Of a stretch of 61,434 nucleotides of DNA, positions 38,574 through 49,558 are shown piece by piece; position 1 is the stretch's first letter, and each line of letters begins with the position of its first letter. This stretch comes from a virus. Lineage: Duplodnaviria > Caudoviricetes. The notes beneath the pieces were generated by a model. The model saw nothing but the letters and a program-made list of their open reading frames with translations. It was not told the DNA's origin and did no database searches. Where the stretch lies: positions 1 through 61,434 of IMG/VR virus record IMGVR_UViG_3300033076_000601. One strand, 5' to 3'. The position numbers and the translations under genes were made by a program.

Positions 38574-40060
38574 TGGCAACAAATCAAAACATATTCGGGT
38601 ATATGCCTGTCGATTCTATCGACTGGGCAAAGCAAATGAATAGCTTATCAGGCACTATATCTGGTATTGGAGAGCGTCGTGAAAAAGAGAAAGAGTATTT
38701 AGATCAGTTAAAGACTAATAACATAAAAACCATTCAAACGTCTGATGCTTTCTCTAGTCAGAACTTTGGACAGATGATGCTCGCTTCTTCTCAGGAAGGT
38801 GTTAGTATTATTAAGCAATGGAACGATGCTCTTAAAAGAGGTGAACTTGATCCAAAGCAATATAAGCAAAACATGAATAATCTCATGGAAAGCTGGGGTA
38901 CTTTAGGTAATAGTATTAAAAGCTTTGACGCTAAAAATGCAGATCTTCAGAAAAAACTTCAAGATGGAACTGCATCAAAGGCATCCGTTGAGGCTGCTCA
39001 ATATTTTGCTAGAATGGGAGATATTAAAAACATGAAAGTTTTTATTGACCCATCTAATGGTAATGTTAGCACAGGAAGACTAGATCCAAGTACAGGACAA
39101 GTTATACCTGACACTATTGACAGTGCAAAAACTACTGCAGATCCTAGCAATGCTGTCTTTGATAAAGTTAAATTAGATGAGGCTGTTAGTGATATTACAA
39201 AATTATGGAAGCCATATGTAATGGAGCAAGGTGTTAAAACTTTAACTGATTTAACAAAAAGACCTGGGTTTTCAAATAAATTAGCTGACGTTGTTGGGTC
39301 ATTGACTAGTAACGATAGAATGGTTCTTAGTATTCTAGGTGATAACACATCTGATGATTATCAGACATATTATACGGAGCAAGATAGACAGTCTTTATTA
39401 ATGGAAGCTATTCAAAAAGAGAATAAAGCTAGACAATATCAAGACCTTCCTGAACTTTCAGGAGAAGACCTTGACGCATTTGTTCAAGAATCTGAGAAGC
39501 TACTTATTCCAATGAAGAAGGATTCATCTGGTGTTTATCAACCTATGATATCTGATGAACAAAGAGAACGAGCTGAAAAAGCTATTATGGATACAATTTC
39601 TCTACAGCTTGAGTTTAAATCACTAGAGGATGAGCCTAAAGCTTCTGGCGGCGGTGGGGGATCTTCTACTGTAAAAAATGAAGACAAACCAGAGTACTAT
39701 AAAACAGCAGCTGACGTTAGAGAAGCTTGGGTTGATGGAGATGTTAATGCTTTGAGTAGCCTATCTGGAGGTAAATACTTATTTGAAAAGAAAGGTGAAA
39801 ATACATATCTTGTTATAAATGCATCAAATCCAAAAGATGTAAGGGGACCATTCTACAAACTTGATGATGTAGGCGGTTTCTTTGGTGTTAGCAATAGAGA
39901 TACATGGACTAAGAAAATGGGCAAAGCTAGATCAGCTGCAAATAATCAACAAACACAACAACCAAAAATGACACAAGATCAGTGGAATGCTAAATGGGCA
40001 ACTCTCAAAAAAGGTCAGACTATGGTAGGATTAGATGGTAAAACTTATACAAAGAAATAA
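38573..40060 (+). CDS. Internal virion (ejection) protein
   Basis: Position between small and giant internal proteins. Confidence 0.55.
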   Translation: MATNQNIFGYMPVDSIDWAKQMNSLSGTISGIGERREKEKEYLDQLKTNNIKTIQTSDAFSSQNFGQMMLASSQEGVSIIKQWNDALKRGELDPKQYKQNMNNLMESWGTLGNSIKSFDAKNADLQKKLQDGTASKASVEAAQYFARMGDIKNMKVFIDPSNGNVSTGRLDPSTGQVIPDTIDSAKTTADPSNAVFDKVKLDEAVSDITKLWKPYVMEQGVKTLTDLTKRPGFSNKLADVVGSLTSNDRMVLSILGDNTSDDYQTYYTEQDRQSLLMEAIQKENKARQYQDLPELSGEDLDAFVQESEKLLIPMKKDSSGVYQPMISDEQRERAEKAIMDTISLQLEFKSLEDEPKASGGGGGSSTVKNEDKPEYYKTAADVREAWVDGDVNALSSLSGGKYLFEKKGENTYLVINASNPKDVRGPFYKLDDVGGFFGVSNRDTWTKKMGKARSAANNQQTQQPKMTQDQWNAKWATLKKGQTMVGLDGKTYTKK

Positions 40061-40063
40061 TAA

Positions 40064-43000
40064 ATGGAAAACGAATGGACACCACCAAGTGATGCAGTAG
40101 AGGCAACTTCATCTTTTGTTCCTCCATCTGACGCAGTAAAAAAAAAAGATCTTACGGCATCTGGATCGGTAAAACCTTCATTGGCAAGATCATCGACCAC
40201 AACAACTATAAAGCCTACGGTATCTTCAGTTTCAAAAGGAAAAGCTGACGGTATATATTCTTTTCCTGGTGAAGATAATGCCATTTACAAAAAAGAGAAT
40301 GGGCAGTGGTTTAAGTCGTTTAAGGGTGAGTATAAGTACTATCCAATTACAAAAGGTGACGTCCAAAACCGAATTCAATCACTCGAGAAAAACGCTCAAT
40401 CTTTAGAAAATTATAGCTTTGAAAAACCAGAGCCAGAAATGCCCGAAGTTCCTAAAGAACTACAAGGAGATAGAAATACTATAGAATATTGGGATAAATT
40501 ACTAGCAGCTGGAAAAATAAATAAGAAGACTTATGACTATCACGCTGATAGAATTTCATCATCTGACTTAGAAAAGTCAGTTGTTAAATCTGCCGCTGTA
40601 AAACCTAAACCACTAACAGAGACGCAGAAAAAAGAGCAAGAGGCTTTTGATAAATCATTCGGTGTTGTTTCAGAGGCTGAGTATCAAAAAAGAAAGGCAG
40701 AATCTGACGTAATTGATGCTAAGGTAAGTCAAATTACTTCTGATCTAATAGATTATAGTGAAGGAGATGTAGTTCCAAAAGTACAAGAACTTATTAAAGA
40801 TTACCCATATTTGCAAGTATCTGAATCTGGTGCTGGGTATGATGAGCTTGAGATTAAAAACGTTATTACTGGAGAAAGTAAAAAAATAAATTTAGATAAC
40901 TGGACTTCAGATAGAGATAAAGAAGAGGCTAAAAGACTGCAAGGTTTTTTAGATATTCAGATGACATCGAAAGACTATGTAGAGCAATTTGACAAAGTAA
41001 ACAAACTTAAGGTTAAAATATCTACAGCCACACCTACTGAAAGAATAGAATTATCTCAAAAATTATTAGAGGAACAGGCTAAATTAACAGATTTAAAAAA
41101 CATTAGATATAATAAAGCAAAGTCTGATAAATATAAAGCTGCTGCTATCTATGACAAGAACGCAAAGGAAAATATTAAGACTGAATTTGCTAAGCTTCAA
41201 ATACAATCTATTGACTACGCTGAAAAAGCTAAAGACTATTCAGATTGGGCAAAAACTGTTAATGATGCTAAGTCAAAAGGTTTAATTACTCAAGAGCAAT
41301 ATGATTTAGAATATGCTCCTAAATTAGCTCAAGAAAAAAACATGCTCATTGAAGAAAAAAATAAAATCAATGAGAACTTTAGACAGACACAATTTGAAAG
41401 CACCTCTATAGATAATATTGCGGCTGATAACTTTGCTATTGAAGCAGAGAGAGGTAATATACTTACAGGTACGGCATTTTCTGCATTGCAGGGAGCTGAG
41501 AATTCTCTTAGATTTTTACTTGAGACAGGACCTTTTGAGCAAGGTGATTTCAAGGGATTACTTACAGAAGCTGCACCTGGATCCATTAGTGATGTATATA
41601 CATCATCTGAAGGTAGAAATGCTTTAGAACAAATTGTATTTGGATTAGCCAACTCAGGTGGATCAGCTTTAGTTGGTGCAGCTACAGGAGCTTCATGGTT
41701 AGGTCTATACGCCTCTTCATATGTAAATATGAAAGACCAGATGAGTACACCTGAATTTGCAGATGTGCCTGAATACCAAAAGATATTAATGTCTGGTGTT
41801 TATGGTAGTACTATTGGTCTTCTAGAAGCATATGGTGTTGGTAAATGGTTTCAAAAAACACCTGCCGGGAAGGGGCTTACTAATTGGATTTTAAAAAGAA
41901 CTATTGCAGAACTTGGTAAAGATGCAACAACAGAAGCAATTGAATTAGGTATAAAGAAAAATTTAAAAGCAGCTATAACAAATGGTCTTATTCAAGTAAC
42001 TGCATCTGGTCTTGTTGAAGGATCAACAGAGCTTGCTCAAGAGGCTGCCGATATGGTTTATAAGGATGTATTTAATAGACTAGCTGATAAAGAATACTTT
42101 GAAAATCCAGACTCGTGGGCTGGAGTTGCTGACAGATTAAGTCAGTCCTTTTTACTTGGTTTTGCTGGTGGTGCCGGAATGAATGCAATAAGCCAGACTA
42201 CTCAGATTGCAAAAAATGAACTTACTAAATCTCAGATTAATAACATTTCTCAATTGATTAATGATCCTGACTTATATGATACTTTCAAGCTTAATCTAAA
42301 AGACCAAATACTTTCTGGACAAATATCAAAAGATGAGGCTAAACGCCAAGTTGCAAAGATTAATGAACTAGAGGGTACCTTAAATAAAATACCAAGCAAG
42401 GTAGATAAATTTGAGGCGTTTAAGTTGATCACCGAGAGAGATGAATTACAAAAAGAAATTGCAGGGAAAGACCCTGCTCTTGTCGCAGCTCAAACAGAGC
42501 GCGTCAATGCTATCAATGATGAATTAAAACAATTAAGTTATGCCGTTCAAGAGCAAGCAACAAGTGAAGTACCTGTACAGCCAGGAGCCGCAGTTAGCGG
42601 AAAAGTGGAGGAAAGAAAACCCGAAACAGGACTTGAAGAAACTACCCAAGAAGGTGAAAAAGTAACTGCACAGATTAATGTAGCTCCTTTATTTGATACC
42701 AAAGTAACTAACGTTCAAGAAGCAGAAGCCATTAGACAGTCTGATATGTATAAAACATATAAAAATGACATGGTCAAAACTGCAGATACATTTGGAGTCA
42801 CTGTTGATGGTATTGATGATACTATTGGCGGATATCAAGGAACCTCAGAAGTTTCTACAGTAGTTAATGTAACCGGCGATTGGAATAATATAATTGAGTT
42901 TGCTGCAGTATATGGAGCAATGACTCCAGAAGTACAAGACTCAACTATTGCCGGTAGAACTGTAAAAGCAGGAACTACCGAACATAATACTGATCGATTA

Positions 43001-46000
43001 GATATTGGCATTGATAATCAAGAAGCAGCATTAAAAGCTGCAAACGATTCAGGATTTAGTGATGATGGATTTACTATATCTGGAGATAAAATAATGTTTT
43101 TTAGCGATTTAAAGGAGCCAATTGCTAATTTTGATGATAAATACGTTACATTTGTAAACAAATACATAGAATATGGAGGAAAAATTACCTCAGAAAGTAG
43201 ATATGCCGCTCAAACAGAATTCATCAACTCAGACAGAAGGGCAGAAATCCTTACAAAGATTGAAGGAGATGCAGTACAGCGAGCCGGACGGGAAGGCATT
43301 CGTGATGTCGTCAAAAGTGCAACGCCAAGAAACGAAGAATATAGAAACAGAAGAAGACGGTCTGAGAGCAGGAAACTTACGCCTCTTGAGGGCGCGCCAG
43401 CAGTTCCAGGCATTAACGGGCCGGACCCACAACTTGTTGCAGTCGCAGAAAAGTACGCAGCCGACAATGGCATCGAACTCAAAAGACAGTCAGAGTACGT
43501 CGAAGTAGACGAGCAAAGGGCCAAAAGAATAGCCGACGCTTACGAGCAGATGGCTGATAATCCTCAGGATCCAAAAGTAAAAGAAGCATACCAAGATCTT
43601 ATAAACCAAACAATTGCTCAGTATCAAGCGTTAGTTGACGCCGGGTATAAGTTTTGGTTTATGGACTTAAATATTCCAAGCAATGAAGAGTATGCAGCAA
43701 GCCCATACAATGCTCTAAGAGATTTAAGACAGAATAAGGAGATGGGTGTATTCCCAACTACTGATGGATACGGAGAAGGTGAAATAACACAAGAACAAAT
43801 TAATGCAAACCCACTACTAGCCGACACAGGTATTAAATGGCCTGTAGGTGGATTAGATGGAGAAATGAAACCAGTACTTGCAAATGACTTGTTCAGAGCA
43901 GTTCATGATGCGTTTGGTCATGGTCTCGAGGGGGCTGGGTTTAGAGCAAGAGGCGAGGAGAATGCATGGCAAGCTCACGTCAGATTGTTTACAGGACCTG
44001 CAGTCGGAGCTATTACTAGTGAGACTAGAGGCCAGAACTCTTGGTTAAATTATGGTCCTTTTGGAGAAACCAATAGAACAGCCAAAGTAGAAGACACTGT
44101 ATTTGCTGATCAGAAGATTGGCCTTATGCCTGAGTGGACTTGGTCTGAAGGTCGTGCAGGTGATATGACTTATCAAGATAATCTAGTAACTAATGACAAC
44201 ATCAATGATATAATTGATAGTCAAGATATAGAGACTAGACAAAAAATAGCTAAAAGTGCTAAGCTTGTAATGATGGCTATTCCTGAAGCAAAAATTTATC
44301 TTCATAATAATACAGCTGAATATGATGCAGCCGTAGGTGAGCAAACTAAAGGAAAAGAAAAAGGAAGATTTATTGGAACTGATATGGCTATCCATGTTAA
44401 TATGGAGGAAGCTACTTCTCACACACTATTACACGAAGCATTCCATTATGTTATTCTTAATAAAGGAATAGATGCAAAAGTACTTAATGATTGGACAAGA
44501 TCACTTAAATCTATTATCAAAGATGAAAAAGCAATTAAGCGTCTTGATGATTTGACTAAAAAATACTCTGCAGAAAACCAACCGGAGGAATACATTTCAG
44601 AATTAGGCGCTATTATGGGCGCAGCGAAAGGACAATTAAGTACAAGTGCGTTACAAAAATTTAAAGCACTAATCAATAAGATCGCAAAAGCAATTGGATT
44701 ACCACCAATATTTACAGCGGCATCTACAAGACAAGATGCGGTTGATTTCATTAATACTATAAGTAAGCAGTTGATTACTGGTGATCAGATCTTTGCTAAT
44801 GGATTCCAAACAAGGATTGTGCCAGCCGATTTGGCCCCTAAAAAGCAAGTAAAAGTATCTGAAGATCAAAAACTTACATTTGTTAAGCAGTCAGATATTA
44901 TAGATTTTAAAGCACTTGTTAATAACATTGTATCTAAAGATCAAAATGTTTGGTTTTGGGTTGCTGACCAACTTGGGCGTGGAATGTACTCAGATGCAGA
45001 AATAAATGGCGAACATTATTTAGATGCAGGTCCGTCATATGCATTAGATCCTGAAAATAGAAAGGAAGGTATTATATGGGCATCTGGTAAATCAAAAGCA
45101 GATTTACAAAAATCAATTAATGATAGTGATTATATATTTATTATAAGTGGATCACCGCAGATATCTAAATTATTTAATAAATCTGTATTTGATTTGTATG
45201 CTAAAAAGATAGGTGATTACAAATCTTTTAAAGATAAATTGTTAAAATTAGGAACAGTTAAAGCAATAAGAGATGTATTAGATGCGCATGATTCATGGGA
45301 TTCTATTATGGAAGACGCGTCAGTAGATAATCCAAAAACAAAAAAAATAGGTACAGGACGTAAAAAATTATTAGTTGCTTTAAATGAATCATTAAAAAAA
45401 CCTAATTCATCAACATATAAAGTACTTGAAAGTTTAAATGCCATAATTGATATTAACTCACTTAGAGATGGATTCTATTTAGAAAATAATTTCGAAATGG
45501 GAGATGTAATGCTTGTATTAAAACCAACTGGTGTTGGGGGTAAAGCAAATCATTCTACATATGAAAATAATATACTAGGTGAAGTTATTGGTGTTCCAGA
45601 TATTATTGTAAACTCATTTGATATTATGCCTGAAGATGTGCGTAATAAATATAAAAATAGCATAGAAAGATCACAACAACAACAAACGGTTGCTCCATAT
45701 GGTTCTGGAATTAAAAAAATTCAACAAGTACCAAACATCAAAAAACAAAAAGGATTTAGCAAGCAAGAGGCTATTAGAAAAGCCAAAGAAAAATATGTAC
45801 TATCTGTAAAGGAAAGAGGTAACACACCAGAACAGGGTGTCACTTCAGCGCTTGAGGACTTGAGAAAGTCAGAGTGGTATAATGAGGCTGATGACTTAAT
45901 GAGAGAAGAAGTTGAAAGAGAGCTTAAGAAATTCTTCGGTGAGAAAATGAAAGCAGCTCCTTCTATCAAAAAAGTAATGGCTATTAAGCCTACTAAGATT

Positions 46001-49000
46001 CAAGTTGAGGAAATGGCAGCACTCAAGTCACAAATTAGACTTGAAGCTAAAGCAGCTCGTGAAGCTAAGGGTGACCTGAATGCCAAAAGAAAAGCACTTG
46101 CAGCTGTCATCACCGGTATGGTGAGACAGGGCAAGATAACAGCCGTTCAGGCAAGAAGTATTATCAACAAGGTAAGTAGAGTGAACCTTGACAACCCTGT
46201 GATGGTTGATCGATTGATCAGCTATGCCGAGAGAGTGTTTGACAGAGCTGACTACCAAGAAACATTAAGCAAGGCAGCCAAGATCAGAAAGTCAATCAAA
46301 AAAGCCATGAAGTCAAAGGACCTACAGGCCGAGGTGGCTGGTGTAGCCAAGAGATTCTCTGGTGTTGATCCGTTTATGGTTGAGGATATTGATCAGTACA
46401 TTGAGACAGCTGAGAAAATGTTGAATGCCGTCAGACCTGTCAGAGAGACAGAGGTGCCGCTTCGACAAGCTACTGATATTTACGAGATTAACGAATATGC
46501 GACAGCTCAGATTGAACGTCAAGAGGCGAATAAAAAAGCTGAATTACTTGCGCTGAATAAGTATTTAGTAGACGCAGGCATCATTACTGACGACATGACT
46601 GCCAAGGAGATCCAAGAGATGATCGATATCATTGCAGCTGAGGAATATGAGGTTGAAGATGCTGCTAATAAATTAATTTTCTTAAAAAGCCGCTTTAATT
46701 TTATGGCTGGTATAATAGAAGAGATGATTGTGAATAACAGAGATGTGTTTACAGATGAGCCTCTTTACATAACTCAGAACGAAAAACAACTAATGAGTGA
46801 GGTTCTTAAGTTTGACATCGATAAGTTGTCAGTTAAGCAAGCCGCTCAAGTTCTCGAGGCGATGGATAACTTCATTAACAACGGAATTACTAGTGGCCTT
46901 GAAGCTGTGGTAAAAGGATATATTGGAAATGAGAACGCTAACAAACTAGCTGCATCTGGCCTTAAGTCAAGACCACTAAAAATGTATTGGAACAAAGCTG
47001 TTGGTCGTTTCTTTGGTGAGCAGTTCGTTTCATTGCCATTACTTATTGAGAGAATGTTCCCAGGTATGAAGAAGGGTCTTAAGCTTATGTCTGAGATGGG
47101 ACTTACTGATGTAATCAGAGGTGTATCCAAAGCTGACAGAGAGCACAAGATGATCGTAAAAGATTATACTGGTCAGGATTTTTCTAAAGGTAAAGGATTC
47201 ATGAAGGCTGAGAATGTATACGAGAGAGGTATGATTGCCTTCTTGAGTAGAAATTTAGCCGGAACCAAAACAGAAATGCGTAACGAATTCTTACGTCGCA
47301 TCAAGATGGTTGAGGAGTCTATCAATGCCCTGATGACTGGATCAGAGACAGAAAGAAAAATGGGTGAAGCTTATCAGAAAGTATATGACAAGCTGAAAGT
47401 TGATAGCCAGGATCTTGATGTTATTAAGGCCAATGCTGAGCAGATGAACCTTGATGCTGTTGATTGGATGACACAGCAATGGGCTGAAAAATATAGCGAC
47501 CTATCTGACATTAGTTTGTCTGTATACAACGCAATACTTGGTAGCGATACCAACTATACCCCGGATAGATATAAAGCGCTTGACGAGGCTGATATAGAGC
47601 TAGATGAGAATTTATTGCAGAAAGGCAGCGCGTTTATGGGTGGTCTTGAGTACACTGACAAGAATAAGTCAGGTGTATTGATCGAGACAACTAGACCAAA
47701 GGCATTGCCGAAAGGTCGTTTTGTTAGTCTTGACTTTGATGTCAATAATTTCTCTAGCCTAAAAGGCGCAATGATTGACATTGAGACAGCTCCAGCTATT
47801 CGCCAAGTTGATGGATTTATCAAGTCAGACGGATACAAGAAAATGATCAATGGTGACGATAGAAAAATTCTTACTCGTCGTATCAATAACTATATCATTT
47901 CTGTAAAAGGAAAGACTAGCTTCAATCGAGACAGCATGAGATCAGTTGAGCGATTAGCCAATTTCTTAGGTAGTCTTGGTGTTGGCAAGGCATTAGGGGG
48001 ACTAGACCAAACAATAAAACAGACAGCTCCGGTTATTATAAACACATTGATTAATGCCGGTCGTTTTGATGGTCTTAACTTTGAAATGAATGCAGCTATC
48101 AACCGATCAGGTATGCCGATTGCCAATCGTGGTATTGAGGCTATATCAGGTGTTGAATCTGTTGATGCGTTGATTGATAAGAAAGGAGCAACAGCTGCTG
48201 AGATAGCTAAAGGCATTGAGAAGGTTAGTCAGATTTACATGAAAGCCTTATTGTCTAAGCCAGACGTATGGGTTGCTCGATCTTCATTTATTTCTTACTA
48301 TAAGAATTATTTAAAGACAAAAGGAATATCAACTAACATTGACTGGAAAACACATGAGTGGAATCAGGATGCATTAAACTATGCTCAGATGATGGTTGAC
48401 CGTCAGCAAAACATTTCAGATGAGAAACTAGCTGGTTCATTTATGAGCTCTCCTGATCCTTGGAAAAGCGTGACTAGAAAAGTTATGCTTCCATTTGCTA
48501 CGTTTATCATCAACCAAAAGAACCGTATGCATAATGACTTTGTGGCTTTATTTGGTAGAGGTGCTGAGACTAGTATTGAGGATAGAAAAAGAGCAGCTCG
48601 TTCTTTGATTGGATTAAGTGCAGAGATGCTTGCATATCAAGCAATTGCTTATTTCATTAAGACTCAAATTTATGACAATTTAGCTTCTATGATCACTGGA
48701 GAAGATGATGAGGAAGAGAAAAAAGAACGTTCATTCTTTGGTATTAAAATGACTAATAAGCAATGGAACGCGACTAAGTTTCCTGTTAAGAGTTTAATCT
48801 CTGATATTGTATCTCCATTCCCATTATTTGATGACGCTGTAGTATTTGGCTTTGATGAGTTGATGAGTAATTTCCCAATGATATCTGATGAAGATATTAA
48901 GAAAGCTATACAGGATCAAAATGATGCAAGAGCACTTAAAGGTCAAGATCCAATGGATGCTGAGCAAGAAGCTAATCTAATTAAGAATCTTAAAGACAAG

Positions 49001-49558
49001 AACACATACGCTGTAACATTCCAAAATGAAAGCTTGGGTCGTCAGTATGGTGTCCCTGGAATTGCATTCGACACATATACTGAGCTAGCTGAGATGGCAC
49101 AACTTGCTTATACAGGTGAGTTTGAGGATGACATGGGATTCGGTCCAAAGAAAAAATACATCAGCAAGAAAGACCAAGAGCTTGTCAAGTGGACATTACT
49201 GCCAATGGTTCTATACTCAACAGGACTTGTACCTAAAGATGCTGGTGTTGTATCTAGAAAGGTAGTTAATACAGTCAAGAAGAGATCAATTAGCGAGACT
49301 AAGTTTAAGAACACTAACGAGCTAAAGACTGAACTTGGCCGTAAGCCAAAAGATTGGGAGGAAAGTTTGGTGATGAATACCACTAAGAAGGTACCTACAA
49401 TTGTGGAGGCCATTAAATTTGCCGAAAGATTTGGCGGCCTGACAGAAAGTCAAGGCAAAGAATACGCCAAACTAATAGAAGTTACCGGTGATTATGGTTA
49501 CCTAGACTTGAAGAGAATTCAAGACGGTGAAACGGCTGATCAGATATTAAAGAAGTAA
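40064..49558 (+). CDS. Giant (3164 aa) polyvalent-type internal virion protein with zincin-like HExxH domain
   Basis: TLLHEAFH...EEY, FRAVHDAFGH...GEENAW domain, hydrophobic segments, last gene of late strand. Confidence 0.7.
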   Translation: MENEWTPPSDAVEATSSFVPPSDAVKKKDLTASGSVKPSLARSSTTTTIKPTVSSVSKGKADGIYSFPGEDNAIYKKENGQWFKSFKGEYKYYPITKGDVQNRIQSLEKNAQSLENYSFEKPEPEMPEVPKELQGDRNTIEYWDKLLAAGKINKKTYDYHADRISSSDLEKSVVKSAAVKPKPLTETQKKEQEAFDKSFGVVSEAEYQKRKAESDVIDAKVSQITSDLIDYSEGDVVPKVQELIKDYPYLQVSESGAGYDELEIKNVITGESKKINLDNWTSDRDKEEAKRLQGFLDIQMTSKDYVEQFDKVNKLKVKISTATPTERIELSQKLLEEQAKLTDLKNIRYNKAKSDKYKAAAIYDKNAKENIKTEFAKLQIQSIDYAEKAKDYSDWAKTVNDAKSKGLITQEQYDLEYAPKLAQEKNMLIEEKNKINENFRQTQFESTSIDNIAADNFAIEAERGNILTGTAFSALQGAENSLRFLLETGPFEQGDFKGLLTEAAPGSISDVYTSSEGRNALEQIVFGLANSGGSALVGAATGASWLGLYASSYVNMKDQMSTPEFADVPEYQKILMSGVYGSTIGLLEAYGVGKWFQKTPAGKGLTNWILKRTIAELGKDATTEAIELGIKKNLKAAITNGLIQVTASGLVEGSTELAQEAADMVYKDVFNRLADKEYFENPDSWAGVADRLSQSFLLGFAGGAGMNAISQTTQIAKNELTKSQINNISQLINDPDLYDTFKLNLKDQILSGQISKDEAKRQVAKINELEGTLNKIPSKVDKFEAFKLITERDELQKEIAGKDPALVAAQTERVNAINDELKQLSYAVQEQATSEVPVQPGAAVSGKVEERKPETGLEETTQEGEKVTAQINVAPLFDTKVTNVQEAEAIRQSDMYKTYKNDMVKTADTFGVTVDGIDDTIGGYQGTSEVSTVVNVTGDWNNIIEFAAVYGAMTPEVQDSTIAGRTVKAGTTEHNTDRLDIGIDNQEAALKAANDSGFSDDGFTISGDKIMFFSDLKEPIANFDDKYVTFVNKYIEYGGKITSESRYAAQTEFINSDRRAEILTKIEGDAVQRAGREGIRDVVKSATPRNEEYRNRRRRSESRKLTPLEGAPAVPGINGPDPQLVAVAEKYAADNGIELKRQSEYVEVDEQRAKRIADAYEQMADNPQDPKVKEAYQDLINQTIAQYQALVDAGYKFWFMDLNIPSNEEYAASPYNALRDLRQNKEMGVFPTTDGYGEGEITQEQINANPLLADTGIKWPVGGLDGEMKPVLANDLFRAVHDAFGHGLEGAGFRARGEENAWQAHVRLFTGPAVGAITSETRGQNSWLNYGPFGETNRTAKVEDTVFADQKIGLMPEWTWSEGRAGDMTYQDNLVTNDNINDIIDSQDIETRQKIAKSAKLVMMAIPEAKIYLHNNTAEYDAAVGEQTKGKEKGRFIGTDMAIHVNMEEATSHTLLHEAFHYVILNKGIDAKVLNDWTRSLKSIIKDEKAIKRLDDLTKKYSAENQPEEYISELGAIMGAAKGQLSTSALQKFKALINKIAKAIGLPPIFTAASTRQDAVDFINTISKQLITGDQIFANGFQTRIVPADLAPKKQVKVSEDQKLTFVKQSDIIDFKALVNNIVSKDQNVWFWVADQLGRGMYSDAEINGEHYLDAGPSYALDPENRKEGIIWASGKSKADLQKSINDSDYIFIISGSPQISKLFNKSVFDLYAKKIGDYKSFKDKLLKLGTVKAIRDVLDAHDSWDSIMEDASVDNPKTKKIGTGRKKLLVALNESLKKPNSSTYKVLESLNAIIDINSLRDGFYLENNFEMGDVMLVLKPTGVGGKANHSTYENNILGEVIGVPDIIVNSFDIMPEDVRNKYKNSIERSQQQQTVAPYGSGIKKIQQVPNIKKQKGFSKQEAIRKAKEKYVLSVKERGNTPEQGVTSALEDLRKSEWYNEADDLMREEVERELKKFFGEKMKAAPSIKKVMAIKPTKIQVEEMAALKSQIRLEAKAAREAKGDLNAKRKALAAVITGMVRQGKITAVQARSIINKVSRVNLDNPVMVDRLISYAERVFDRADYQETLSKAAKIRKSIKKAMKSKDLQAEVAGVAKRFSGVDPFMVEDIDQYIETAEKMLNAVRPVRETEVPLRQATDIYEINEYATAQIERQEANKKAELLALNKYLVDAGIITDDMTAKEIQEMIDIIAAEEYEVEDAANKLIFLKSRFNFMAGIIEEMIVNNRDVFTDEPLYITQNEKQLMSEVLKFDIDKLSVKQAAQVLEAMDNFINNGITSGLEAVVKGYIGNENANKLAASGLKSRPLKMYWNKAVGRFFGEQFVSLPLLIERMFPGMKKGLKLMSEMGLTDVIRGVSKADREHKMIVKDYTGQDFSKGKGFMKAENVYERGMIAFLSRNLAGTKTEMRNEFLRRIKMVEESINALMTGSETERKMGEAYQKVYDKLKVDSQDLDVIKANAEQMNLDAVDWMTQQWAEKYSDLSDISLSVYNAILGSDTNYTPDRYKALDEADIELDENLLQKGSAFMGGLEYTDKNKSGVLIETTRPKALPKGRFVSLDFDVNNFSSLKGAMIDIETAPAIRQVDGFIKSDGYKKMINGDDRKILTRRINNYIISVKGKTSFNRDSMRSVERLANFLGSLGVGKALGGLDQTIKQTAPVIINTLINAGRFDGLNFEMNAAINRSGMPIANRGIEAISGVESVDALIDKKGATAAEIAKGIEKVSQIYMKALLSKPDVWVARSSFISYYKNYLKTKGISTNIDWKTHEWNQDALNYAQMMVDRQQNISDEKLAGSFMSSPDPWKSVTRKVMLPFATFIINQKNRMHNDFVALFGRGAETSIEDRKRAARSLIGLSAEMLAYQAIAYFIKTQIYDNLASMITGEDDEEEKKERSFFGIKMTNKQWNATKFPVKSLISDIVSPFPLFDDAVVFGFDELMSNFPMISDEDIKKAIQDQNDARALKGQDPMDAEQEANLIKNLKDKNTYAVTFQNESLGRQYGVPGIAFDTYTELAEMAQLAYTGEFEDDMGFGPKKKYISKKDQELVKWTLLPMVLYSTGLVPKDAGVVSRKVVNTVKKRSISETKFKNTNELKTELGRKPKDWEESLVMNTTKKVPTIVEAIKFAERFGGLTESQGKEYAKLIEVTGDYGYLDLKRIQDGETADQILKK
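42540..42665 (+). CDS. Nested +1-frame small basic protein MPFKSKQQVKYLYSQEPQLAEKWRKENPKQDLKKLPKKVKK
   Basis: Translated by hand; A-rich upstream; resembles recalled MPFKS..Q..YL....P..A.KW phage peptides. Confidence 0.55.
   Translation: MPFKSKQQVKYLYSQEPQLAEKWRKENPKQDLKKLPKKVKK

Noticed and set aside
40138-40148. Programmed frameshift at the A10-G run in the giant gene
   Set aside because: The zero frame is already open for 3164 aa and both shifted frames stop quickly
9293-49413. Antisense ORFs within groEL, portal, capsid and giant genes (e.g. 9293..9610, 25653..26114, 47554..47886)
   Set aside because: Shadow ORFs of strongly coding opposite strands, with no motifs or initiation context
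40064-49558. crAss-like virion RNA polymerase
   Set aside because: No DxDxD/DFDGD catalytic motif found by reading the protein; LDFDVN is not sufficient
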